From IMG/VR virus record IMGVR_UViG_3300045391_005035: 64,000 nt of DNA; one strand, given 5' to 3'. A program made the position numbers and the translations under genes. Positions 32,990 to 41,410 of this stretch are shown here, one piece after another. The notes beneath the pieces were generated by a model, which saw only the letters and a program-made list of their open reading frames with translations, was not told the DNA's origin and ran no database searches. Every line of letters begins with the position of its first letter. Position 1 is the stretch's first letter. The DNA is from a virus.

Positions 32990-33243
32990 GCGCCGATATT
33001 TACACGCGGCAGGTCGCGCTCCGGTACGCGAGCGCGCAGGCCCGCGCCGAAGCCGAGGGCAGCTACTTCGCGCTCATCGACCCGAACGGTCGCTGCGCTG
33101 GCGTCTTCACCACCGGCAGCGGGCGCCCGAGCGGACCGAACACGACGAAGCGAGTGCGCCGGCTGCTCCAGCGCAGCGGGCAGACGCGTAAGCGCACGAG
33201 CCGCCCGAGCCGCCCGAGCAAGCGCACGAGCAAGGCGACATGA
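32647..33243 (+). CDS. acidic-then-basic hypothetical protein
   Basis: TATGCT-8 nt-ATG; better GC3 bias than the overlapping frame; GSGLGH. Confidence 0.6.
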   Translation: MSDTSEDTEPAAVDSDGSTERPESDRPEPERTAGGAWARLERIGSGLGHVATDREPPPTDNADSDGGERGLHDDGGVVVGEPNRPALHAARGFSIVHVGLVDDDREWTRSRERLSADIYTRQVALRYASAQARAEAEGSYFALIDPNGRCAGVFTTGSGRPSGPNTTKRVRRLLQRSGQTRKRTSRPSRPSKRTSKAT

Positions 33244-33488
33244 CCGTCGTGAACGCTTCGTGGACACGGAACGACGACAACGGGCGCGTCACCCACTTCC
33301 GCACGATGGACGATCTGATCGAGGCGGAGCGGTGCCGCGATGCAACCGGACTGTCGCCGCTTCCGCTGTCTGTGATCCCGAACTACATGGGCATCAATCT
33401 GGTGTCCGTCGAAGGCGTCTCGTGGACGGAGGAGGCTGACGGACAGCTCGTCAGCCTCACGATCCACTTCATCCCGGAGAAGAGGTAG
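33240..33488 (+). CDS. hypothetical protein
   Basis: coupled. Confidence 0.6.
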   Translation: MTVVNASWTRNDDNGRVTHFRTMDDLIEAERCRDATGLSPLPLSVIPNYMGINLVSVEGVSWTEEADGQLVSLTIHFIPEKR

Positions 33489-33490
33489 CG

Positions 33491-33793
33491 ATGCAGAAGC
33501 CTACGGTCGGACGGCAGGTCCACTACTACGGTCACAACACGTTTTGGCATCTGAACCGCGAGTCATCGCCGTACCCGAGTATGCCGCCCGTGGCGAGCTT
33601 CGACGGTCCGTTCACCGCGACCGTCGTCTTCGTGCAGCCCGGCGCCGAGGGCGAGGCCACTGGCGAAGTGAATCTCCTGATCTGCTTCCCGAGCATGTGC
33701 CATGGCTCGTCGGAGAAAACGCAGCTCGTGGAGCGCGTGAGTTTCTCGGAAGAGCCCAGGCGCGGCTGCTGGAGCTGGCCGCCGAGGGTCTGA
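33491..33793 (+). CDS. hypothetical protein
   Basis: PTVGRQVHY...A.V..V...VNL, a common phage small-protein pattern. Confidence 0.7.
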   Translation: MQKPTVGRQVHYYGHNTFWHLNRESSPYPSMPPVASFDGPFTATVVFVQPGAEGEATGEVNLLICFPSMCHGSSEKTQLVERVSFSEEPRRGCWSWPPRV

Positions 33794-34332
33794 TGCCGAA
33801 GCCGCAGAAGGTCTCGCTCAACACGTGGACGCTCAGGCCGGAGGTCGCGTACTGGCGTGGCTCTGGAGACGAGGAGCACAGCGTGCTCCTTCGCCAGCTG
33901 GCGACCGGCGAGTACATGGTGCTCATCGTGAAGGGGTCGCTTCAAGATCACGAGCACGCGACACAGAAGTTCCACAGGAACGTCCTCGACGCGATGAAGG
34001 TCGCGCGGAAGCTGATCGGCGCGGATGGGCGCTGGACGCTGTCGTCATCACTGGAGTTCGCGACGAAGAGGCAGGCGAAGGATGGCCGCGTGGCAGTGGT
34101 AGCGACCATCCATTCGCTCGGCGGAGAAGCCATGCTTTCGGTCCTCGTCACGCCGCTGGTGCCCACCATGCGTAAGAAGACCGCGCGCAAGAAGGTCGAC
34201 CAGATTCTGTCGAACCACGCGCACAGCTTCACGAAGTTCAAGGACGTGCCGGCTGCGATCCGCGCGACGCCGGCTGCGATGCGATCTGCGGTCAAGGCGG
34301 CGCGCTGCGAATGCAAGGAGATCGGAACGTGA
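33793..34332 (+). CDS. basic hypothetical protein
   Basis: TGATG coupling. Confidence 0.65.
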   Translation: MPKPQKVSLNTWTLRPEVAYWRGSGDEEHSVLLRQLATGEYMVLIVKGSLQDHEHATQKFHRNVLDAMKVARKLIGADGRWTLSSSLEFATKRQAKDGRVAVVATIHSLGGEAMLSVLVTPLVPTMRKKTARKKVDQILSNHAHSFTKFKDVPAAIRATPAAMRSAVKAARCECKEIGT

Positions 34333-34478
34333 TGCAGCTCTGCAAGGCTCCGGATCGGGACGTACCGAAGCTCACCTGCGGCTATCCGATGCCGTGCCCA
34401 CACCACACCGCGCTGGTCATCCTCGGCGAGTCGAAGAAGAGCGCGCCGAGGAAGGCGCGTCGGAAGGCGAAGCGATGA
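34332..34478 (+). CDS. small Cys-containing basic protein (not in ORF track)
   Basis: MQLCKAP...TCGYPMPCPHH...; coupled at both ends. Confidence 0.55.
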   Translation: MQLCKAPDRDVPKLTCGYPMPCPHHTALVILGESKKSAPRKARRKAKR

Positions 34479-34792
34479 AGGATGTTCGTCACGAGCATCC
34501 GCTGAACGATCCCGCGCACCAGCGGTCGTGCAGACGCTGCCAGCAGATGGAGGTGCTCGGCGAGACCTTTGCTGAGTGGCTTAGCGAGCGACATCTGAAC
34601 GAGGTGATCGACGACGAGGTCATGATCTCGTTCTTCCTGCTCTTCGTCGCGAACATCACGATCAACAGCAACACGGAGCCGTTCGAGCTGCCAGCGCAGC
34701 CCGCGGCGTTGCGCGAACAGCTGCTGCTGGAGGCCGGTCACGCATTCGATGCAGCGCTCAGAGATCTCCGCGAGGAACTGGAGGGAGCATGA
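34475..34792 (+). CDS. hypothetical protein
   Basis: coupled. Confidence 0.6.
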   Translation: MKDVRHEHPLNDPAHQRSCRRCQQMEVLGETFAEWLSERHLNEVIDDEVMISFFLLFVANITINSNTEPFELPAQPAALREQLLLEAGHAFDAALRDLREELEGA

Positions 34793-35133
34793 AGGTCATC
34801 TGCACGAGCGAGAAGGTCGCGGTGCGCGTGTTCGAGCGCGCGATGACGTCGGGAGAGCGCGAGAAGTTCGGACCCAAAGGAGATGGTCGGGTGGTGGGTG
34901 CTGAAGTTACGTCCACCTCCTCCGGTCACGTGTATCTGTCGAGACAGGTCTACATCCTGGACGACAAGGCGGACACCGAGGCCGATCTTCGATGCGTTCG
35001 GACGGCCGCCCTGATCGGGCTCGCACACCTGTGGGGCCTCGGTCGAGTACGGCTCGACAGGCCCAACGAGACGCTGACCCCGGACGAGCAGGTGCTGGTC
35101 GGACTGCGGCCGCTGCCAGACTTCGCTCTGTAA
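34789..35133 (+). CDS. hypothetical protein
   Basis: GGAG RBS, coupled. Confidence 0.65.
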   Translation: MKVICTSEKVAVRVFERAMTSGEREKFGPKGDGRVVGAEVTSTSSGHVYLSRQVYILDDKADTEADLRCVRTAALIGLAHLWGLGRVRLDRPNETLTPDEQVLVGLRPLPDFAL

Positions 35134-35177
35134 GGCGTGACCTTGCCGAATGGCCGGTTTCCGGCGATGCTTGCGGC

Positions 35178-35516
35178 ATGATGGCTCGCGCCTCCAGGTC
35201 GATCCCGGCCTACACCCCATCCCTCTATCTGCCGGGATCGTACGGACGGTACCGACAGTATCCCCGCGTCGTCCGTACGCCGATCCCCGGAGCCGGAGTC
35301 AAGGCAGGCCGGATGATCTGGGGCGAGCAGGTCATGAACCTCTGGGGGGCTCCCGTCGCGCGCTACACGAACAACCGGGTGCCGCTGCTCGGGCTCGGGC
35401 AGATCGGTCCGATGGACATCGCCCGCGGCGCGGCGCCCTACATCGGCGGCGGCTTCCTGGCTGGCGCTCTCGCGATGCACCTCGCCCACAAGTTCCACCT
35501 GTTCGGGATGCGCTGA
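35178..35516 (+). CDS. GLGQ-family protein with C-terminal TM
   Basis: TTGCCG-17-GATGCT-6 nt-ATG; PLLGLGQ; IGGGFLAGALAMHL. Confidence 0.65.
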   Translation: MMARASRSIPAYTPSLYLPGSYGRYRQYPRVVRTPIPGAGVKAGRMIWGEQVMNLWGAPVARYTNNRVPLLGLGQIGPMDIARGAAPYIGGGFLAGALAMHLAHKFHLFGMR

Positions 35517-35518
35517 CC

Positions 35519-35995
35519 ATGAGCTACGCGACGCCGGCCTACTGGAATGCGCGTGCACAGGCGTGCAAGCAGTACGCGGACGAGGGCGCCTGCCTCGCCT
35601 CGCTGAACGTGCCGATCACCATCACGCCCGGCTTCTCTGGCCTGGGGCGCGGCATCTTCTCCGGCATGGCCGGGCTCGGGCAGACAACGGCGCAGGACAT
35701 CGCCTCCGGCGCGTCGCTGATCGCCGGGCTGATCTCGAATCCGGAAGCGACCCTGCGCGTGCAGGGGCCGCGGATCGTCACCGCACTCGACAGCTACATC
35801 GTCGGCCCGGTCGTGCAGGCCGCCGTCGAGCGTTCGACGCCGTACATCCTGCGGTACCTCACGCCGCCCCTCGTCACGATGTACGTGATGACGGCGCTCA
35901 GCACGTGGTTCTCCTACGAAGTTCTCGTCCAGTCTCGACGCGGTGCTCTCCGCGCGAATGGGCGCCGTGGTCGTCGTCAACGTCGAAAGAGGTAG
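35519..35995 (+). CDS. MSY/GLGQ-family protein with C-terminal TM and basic tail
   Basis: MSYA...FSGLG..MAGLGQ...TM..ANGRRGRRQRRKR. Confidence 0.75.
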   Translation: MSYATPAYWNARAQACKQYADEGACLASLNVPITITPGFSGLGRGIFSGMAGLGQTTAQDIASGASLIAGLISNPEATLRVQGPRIVTALDSYIVGPVVQAAVERSTPYILRYLTPPLVTMYVMTALSTWFSYEVLVQSRRGALRANGRRGRRQRRKR

Positions 35996-36001
35996 TGGGG
36001 C

Positions 36002-36616
36002 ATGCCGAACGAGATCAGCAAGCGAGACGCATTCAGCTTCCAGTCGAAGGCCCATGCCGAAGCGGGGCGTCGGCTCTGGGACCGCTCGGGCAAGCAGGGG
36101 CGCCTGGCGAACAGTTCGATGGACGCCGAGGCGACCGCGCTCAAGACGTGGATCCTCTTCAAGAACGCCTACAAGGGCGAGCCCGAGGCGATCATCGAGT
36201 GCGAGATCTACCCCGCGCCACGCGCGTCGAACGCCGAAGAGGCCGTTGGCATGCTCCACGGCATGTGCCCCAAGTGCGGAGAGACGTTCCTCGTGCGCGA
36301 GGACAACAAGTCGATGACGCTGGGTCACGTCGCGTACAAGAACGTGAAGGGGCATCTGAAGGAGCAGTGGGAGCGCCACTGCCGAGAGACGCTGCGTCGT
36401 CATCCGCGCGACGCGGACAAGATCGCGGTGGTCTCGTCGCCCGAGCGGTGGCAGTGCGACTACTGCAAGGCGTGGTGCGTGCGCGTGACCGACAGCATCG
36501 CGATCACGGACATGAGCGGTGCGACGCAGATCATCGTGTCGCAGAGCACGCGCACTGGTGACAACGGCAAGATCGAGCACGGTGTCTCGATCAAGGAATC
36601 GGGGATCATCCTGTGA
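36002..36616 (+). CDS. Zn-binding hypothetical protein
   Basis: MCPKCG, WQCDYC. Confidence 0.7.
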   Translation: MPNEISKRDAFSFQSKAHAEAGRRLWDRSGKQGRLANSSMDAEATALKTWILFKNAYKGEPEAIIECEIYPAPRASNAEEAVGMLHGMCPKCGETFLVREDNKSMTLGHVAYKNVKGHLKEQWERHCRETLRRHPRDADKIAVVSSPERWQCDYCKAWCVRVTDSIAITDMSGATQIIVSQSTRTGDNGKIEHGVSIKESGIIL

Positions 36617-36996
36617 CGTACGCAATCGGACCGCGTCTACTGCACGTGGGCGACAACTACGAGACCGAGTCGAACTCGGCTCCGTACCAGACCTACCCCA
36701 TGTCGATGGCGCTCGGGCAGCTCGCTCCGCCCCAGCCGCTGCCCTCGGGCGGCTTCAGCCTCGCGCGCATCAACATGCGCCAGGTGATGATCGGCGTGGT
36801 CGTGGTCGTCATCGTCGCGCTGCTGCTGCGGCAGATGATGAAGCTCGCGAAGAACACCTCGAAGGTGGAACGCAACGCCGTCGTCTCGCGTCTCTCGACG
36901 AAGGAGCTGGCGCAGCGTCTGTACGAGCGGCTCGAAGCGAAGGGCAGCAAGACGAACGCGGCGACGATGCGGTCGCTGGAACGGCTCGGCCGGTGA
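36613..36996 (+). CDS. MTYA/ALGQ-family TM protein
   Basis: MTYA...MALGQ..VMIGVVVVVIVALLLR. Confidence 0.7.
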   Translation: MTYAIGPRLLHVGDNYETESNSAPYQTYPMSMALGQLAPPQPLPSGGFSLARINMRQVMIGVVVVVIVALLLRQMMKLAKNTSKVERNAVVSRLSTKELAQRLYERLEAKGSKTNAATMRSLERLGR

Positions 36997-37217
36997 CGAA
37001 GACGGGGCAGTTGGCTCTGGTGTTCGGCGCCGGCATGATCGCCGCCGGGGCACTGAACCAGCTGCGCTGGAACATCTGGCCGGTCAGCGGTGGGCCGAGC
37101 ATCGGCAGCGATCCGCGCACCAGGATCCAGCTCTTCGGCTGGCTCGGAGGGCCGCCGGGGTACGGGAACCAGATCGTCGGGATGATCCCCGCCGGAGTGA
37201 TTCCGGGCGTGAGGTGA
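36993..37217 (+). CDS. small N-terminal TM protein
   Basis: GTGA coupling; LALVFGAGMIAAGAL. Confidence 0.55.
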   Translation: MTKTGQLALVFGAGMIAAGALNQLRWNIWPVSGGPSIGSDPRTRIQLFGWLGGPPGYGNQIVGMIPAGVIPGVR

Positions 37218-37220
37218 GCG

Positions 37221-37502
37221 GTGGAGCAGGTGTCCGAGCCCACGTGGTACGGGATCGACGGCGCAGAGCTGGCGCCGGGCGAACACACGCGGCTTCGCCT
37301 GCCGCGTGCCGAGGGTGCGGACTGGGTGATGATCGCGCCCGAGTGTGCGGCGGTCGGCTGCAAGAACGGCGCGCATTCGTGCACCGGTTTGTGCGGTCAC
37401 TGCGAGGACCGGTTCACCGACATCTCGATGATCAAGGTGCGCTGGCGCGTCGCCGAGCCAACACGGTGGGAGTCGCTCGCCGCGTTCCTGGGCCGGCGGT
37501 GA
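37221..37502 (+). CDS. Cys-containing hypothetical
   Basis: ECAAVGC...CGHC. Confidence 0.55.
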   Translation: MEQVSEPTWYGIDGAELAPGEHTRLRLPRAEGADWVMIAPECAAVGCKNGAHSCTGLCGHCEDRFTDISMIKVRWRVAEPTRWESLAAFLGRR

Positions 37503-37506
37503 CCCG

Positions 37507-37737
37507 GTGGCGAACCGAGCCGAGCGTGTTCGCGCGTACGCCAGGCGCTTCCACGAGTCGATAGCCGCTGGGCTCGACGTGGGCGATTGCGTCGCCGCGC
37601 TCGCAGACGCGTGCAAGCGCGCGATCGAGGACCAGACGCCGCCGAACACGAAGGAGCGGAAGCGTAAGCTCGCGTACTACGTGCGATGCGTCGAGGTGCT
37701 CGACGATGCGGCGGCGAAGATCAAGGAAGCGTCATGA
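37507..37737 (+). CDS. hypothetical protein
   Basis: coupled to next gene. Confidence 0.6.
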   Translation: MANRAERVRAYARRFHESIAAGLDVGDCVAALADACKRAIEDQTPPNTKERKRKLAYYVRCVEVLDDAAAKIKEAS

Positions 37738-38906
37738 CCAAGGTCTCCTGGGAAGACGTCGTTCGAGCAATGGACAGGTCGGATCCGCATCGGGGGACCG
37801 CTCGCGAGTGGCAAGCGCCGTGGAACGCCTCTGACCTGCGATGGTCACGGGAAACAGTGAAGCTGGCCGATGTACTCGAAGTGGAGCCATGGTCGAAGCG
37901 GGACGTGGCGCGGTACGCGAAGCTCGCACCCGGCGGACCCCCTGTTCTCCTGGTGCAGGATGAGCGCGGTTACGTTGTGTGGGATGGCGCTCACCGCGTC
38001 GCCGCTGCTCGACTACGCGGCGACCGCCTTCTTGATGCCTTCGTAGGACGAGACGAGGTGCCCGTGAAGCGCAACCACCTTCTCTCGAAGCCGCCGCGGG
38101 CGGTCCATCGTCTCCAGAACACGCGCAGCTTCCAGCGCCTGATGGGTCGGGCTCCGCAGCAGGCCGACTACGACGGTGTCCACACGACCGGCAGCGAGCT
38201 GATCGCCGCCGCGTACGCGATGAGCGCGTGGAATCAGCACTACCGTGAAGGCTACCCGGTCCTCGTGACGCTCGACGTGAGCGGCCTGAAGGCTCTCCCG
38301 GACGTCGACGCAATGCTTCGCGGCGCGGAGCAGGTCGACGCGCTCCTGAACCACTACCGTGGGCTCGTGGGCGACGGCATGGGGTTCTGGGACCTGATGG
38401 ACGACGAGGACTACTCGGAGGCGTCCGCACAGGTGGGCGACGAGCCCGCTGCGTTCATCTTCGAGGACATGGGCAACCACATGCTCCAGGCGATCGACGC
38501 GTATGCGAGCGCTGAGGGGCTCGACGCGGAGGAGATCTTCGCGGAAGTTCTCCAGACGGAGGAGCTGCCGCCCGGAGTGCTCACGCGCATGGTCGACCAG
38601 CAGCGCTACCTCAACGATTTCGACATCGACCGCGTCGTTCAGATCGAGGCGATCAAGCCGTGGTGGGATCGAGTGCTGCTGTCGTGGGACGACGAGGACT
38701 TCAAGCAGATCGCTGCGCGGGGGTGGGAGGTCTTCACGATGGACGAGTGGCCGTTCGGTCGCTTCGACACGAAGACCGTCTGGAAGGCAACGGACGCGTC
38801 GAAGCGCGAGAAGACCGAGTACCACGGCACGACGAGCCTCGTGATCGAGCTGGCGTTTCCTGGCCTGATCCCGGCGAAATCGCCGTTTCCTGTCGAGGAT
38901 GAATGA
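37734..38906 (+). CDS. ParB/Srx-like domain fused to a putative ADP-ribosyltransferase-like domain
   Basis: PPVLLV..GYVVWDGAHRVAAA; GVHTT...AAAYA...VLVTLDV; C-terminal YHGTT...GLIP. Confidence 0.6.
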   Translation: MTKVSWEDVVRAMDRSDPHRGTAREWQAPWNASDLRWSRETVKLADVLEVEPWSKRDVARYAKLAPGGPPVLLVQDERGYVVWDGAHRVAAARLRGDRLLDAFVGRDEVPVKRNHLLSKPPRAVHRLQNTRSFQRLMGRAPQQADYDGVHTTGSELIAAAYAMSAWNQHYREGYPVLVTLDVSGLKALPDVDAMLRGAEQVDALLNHYRGLVGDGMGFWDLMDDEDYSEASAQVGDEPAAFIFEDMGNHMLQAIDAYASAEGLDAEEIFAEVLQTEELPPGVLTRMVDQQRYLNDFDIDRVVQIEAIKPWWDRVLLSWDDEDFKQIAARGWEVFTMDEWPFGRFDTKTVWKATDASKREKTEYHGTTSLVIELAFPGLIPAKSPFPVEDE

Positions 38907-40678
38907 GCACGAAGCGTACATCGCGACCGGCGCGTCCGGTCCAGCCGAACTCGCCCGAAAAGCGCATCGAGCACGTCCTCCGAACGTACTGGAAGAAGCA
39001 CCCGAACCAGTGCATCGACACGGCGACGGTGGCGTCATTCCTCGTTGGGTACGATCGCGACGCTCCGACGTCGCTCATGCGCAGCCAGCACGCCTGGCGC
39101 GAGTTCGATCGAAGTGAGCACGAGAAGGGATCCCTTCTTCTGTACCTCTCCGACGGACGTATTGGATCGCTCCCGGGTCCGACGGCAATGGCGGGGCGCG
39201 TGCGTGATTTGTTCAGCGCGTGGCCACCGCAGACCAGGGACGACTGGGCGCTTGTCACGCTTCTCATCTTTCTGCGCCACTTCCCAGCGCATCACGAATA
39301 TGAATCCATCATCCCCTGGGTCGCACGCGAGCTGGTCGCGCTCTCGAAGTCGAAGCCGGTGCGATGGGTGAAGGCTGAGCGTCCCGCCAACAACATCGTG
39401 TGGCTCGGACACCTCCAGGACGACGAACAGGACGACGAAGAAGAGCCGTCCAAGCGCATCGAACTGCGGTTCCACAGGTGGGCCGATCGCGACGACGGGT
39501 TCTGGGTAGCCTGGTACGGGCTCCGCGAGATCTGCACTTCGGCGAGCATGGGCGAACGTGGCAGCGACCTTGACGAACTCAAGCAGTGCGTCGAGCATCA
39601 TTTCCTCAAGCGGATCACGGACGACCTAGTCGAGCTTCTGAAGCAAAAGATCACGGCCGTCGCGATCTGGGCGAAGGAAACGCGCACCGACATCGGCAAG
39701 GTGACGGTCGCGCAGGCGCTCGATGCTATCGCCACGCACCAGTTCAAGACCGCGCTGCTCCCGCAGGGCACCGTCGTCTACAAGTTCGCGGACGGCTGGA
39801 CAGTGCAGGACCTGCGCACGGCACCAGAGCTGAAGGCCGAGGGCCAGACGATGCAGCACTGCGTCGGCGGCTATGCCGAACGCGTTGACGACGGCGCGTC
39901 ACGCATCTATTCGCTGCGCGATCCGAGCGGCAGCCCACACGTGACGTTGGAGTGGAGTCCGGACGCCGAGAAGTTCGGCGGTGGACGGTACGCGGCTCCA
40001 GGCGACCCCGACTGGGACGAGTTCACTGCGCTTTCGCCGCAGGAGTTCCTCCGGTCGAAGTACCACCTCGCCGGGTACTTTCCGCAGATCTACGGCAAGC
40101 AGAACGAGAAGCCGGCGGCGAAGTACGTGCCGCGGGTCCGCGAGTTCATCGATCAGGTATTCAACGGCGACGTGAAGGCGCTCATGAGCCTCGGTGTGCC
40201 ACTTGTGGACCTTGACCTGCGCCGAAAGGACCTGCGAGGCCTCGACTTCGAAGGTCGCGCTGACGACGGCGAGCTGAAAGTGCGCGGCCTCGACTTCACC
40301 GGCTCGGACATGAGGGGCTGCGTGTTCGACCAGAACACCGTAGAGGATTGCGTCTTCGACCTCTGTGACCTGCGCGACGCTCAGTTCACGAAGGCATCCA
40401 TCCACGACTGCACGTTCGTCGGCGCTGACATGCGCCTCGCGCGCTTCGACTTCGCGCGCTTCAGCGGCAAGCGCACCACGTTCCGCGGCGCCAACGTCGA
40501 CAAGGCATCGTTCCACATGGATCGCTACGGAGGCACCGCCATCATCGAGAAGCTCCTGTCCGAAGCGAGCGGCAGTCCGTACTACTCGACGACGTTCAAG
40601 CGCGAGAATCAGCCACGCGAAGTCTACATCGACGAGGAGCGCGACGATCCGCACGACGAAGACGACGCGCAGCCATGA
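38903..40678 (+). CDS. PcfJ-like domain plus pentapeptide-repeat protein
   Basis: L.AEG..MQHCVGGY....IYSLRD....HVTLE; A(D/N)LxxA-type repeats near C-terminus. Confidence 0.75.
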   Translation: MSTKRTSRPARPVQPNSPEKRIEHVLRTYWKKHPNQCIDTATVASFLVGYDRDAPTSLMRSQHAWREFDRSEHEKGSLLLYLSDGRIGSLPGPTAMAGRVRDLFSAWPPQTRDDWALVTLLIFLRHFPAHHEYESIIPWVARELVALSKSKPVRWVKAERPANNIVWLGHLQDDEQDDEEEPSKRIELRFHRWADRDDGFWVAWYGLREICTSASMGERGSDLDELKQCVEHHFLKRITDDLVELLKQKITAVAIWAKETRTDIGKVTVAQALDAIATHQFKTALLPQGTVVYKFADGWTVQDLRTAPELKAEGQTMQHCVGGYAERVDDGASRIYSLRDPSGSPHVTLEWSPDAEKFGGGRYAAPGDPDWDEFTALSPQEFLRSKYHLAGYFPQIYGKQNEKPAAKYVPRVREFIDQVFNGDVKALMSLGVPLVDLDLRRKDLRGLDFEGRADDGELKVRGLDFTGSDMRGCVFDQNTVEDCVFDLCDLRDAQFTKASIHDCTFVGADMRLARFDFARFSGKRTTFRGANVDKASFHMDRYGGTAIIEKLLSEASGSPYYSTTFKRENQPREVYIDEERDDPHDEDDAQP

Positions 40679-40875
40679 CGCGATCACTCTGGTCGATGCG
40701 CGCCTCTACGACGGTCGCGCTGGACAGCATCAAGGTTCGGCCGCTCTCGAAGTCGGAGGTCGAGGAGATCCGGCGCCGTGTCCAGCAAGAGGAAGACGCC
40801 GGCCCGTGGCGATGCGAGTGCATGCAGTGCGCGTTGCGTAGGTTGCGTGAATACGGTACACATAGCCGATGCTAA
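40675..40875 (+). CDS. small hypothetical
   Basis: coupled; CECMQC. Confidence 0.5.
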   Translation: MTRSLWSMRASTTVALDSIKVRPLSKSEVEEIRRRVQQEEDAGPWRCECMQCALRRLREYGTHSRC

Positions 40876-41162
40876 TGTGGAAGTGCGACGTGTGCGGCGA
40901 AACTGGCGAGAGTCCGACTAGCGCCAACCACTCGCTGCTGCTGCCCGTCGGATGGCGCCAGCGCATGGGGCTCGCGCCCAGGGGAGTTCATACGTACGAG
41001 GTTCGCGTGTACGCATGCTCGTCGCCGTGTGCACAACGCTACGACGAGCGGGAGCGTCAGGTGTTCGCCGCGAACGAGCACGCGTACCGTGGCGAGTGGT
41101 TCGAGGTGACAGAAGAGATGGTTCGCGATCACAGCGTAGCGCTGCCGCTCAGGGTGAAGTGA
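40869..41162 (+). CDS. Zn-ribbon hypothetical
   Basis: WKCDVCG, GW, ACS..C. Confidence 0.6.
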   Translation: MLMWKCDVCGETGESPTSANHSLLLPVGWRQRMGLAPRGVHTYEVRVYACSSPCAQRYDERERQVFAANEHAYRGEWFEVTEEMVRDHSVALPLRVK

Positions 41163-41344
41163 TGGGAACGAAGACTTCGCAGATCGTCCGCGACTCTCCC
41201 GCCGGATTCAGGCCCGGGAAGCAGTATGCGTGGCTGCGCGCCTTGAAGAGGCAGACCGTGCGATCACGGCGTCGCGCTGAGCGGCACGACCCAGAGAATG
41301 CGCCGACGTCTGTGCGGCACGTGACGCGCGGATGGTCGGACTGA
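41162..41344 (+). CDS. small basic hypothetical
   Basis: TGATG coupling. Confidence 0.55.
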   Translation: MGTKTSQIVRDSPAGFRPGKQYAWLRALKRQTVRSRRRAERHDPENAPTSVRHVTRGWSD

Positions 41345-41361
41345 TGAACCGTCCTAGCCGC

Positions 41362-41410
41362 TTGACGTGTGTCAGACACATGTGGCAGTGTCCGACACCG
41401 TGTCCGACAC
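41362..41410 (+). promoter_or_regulatory. promoter of the glycosylation operon with three GTGTCnGACAC palindromes
   Basis: TTGACG at 41362; palindromes at 41369, 41388, 41400. Confidence 0.55.
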
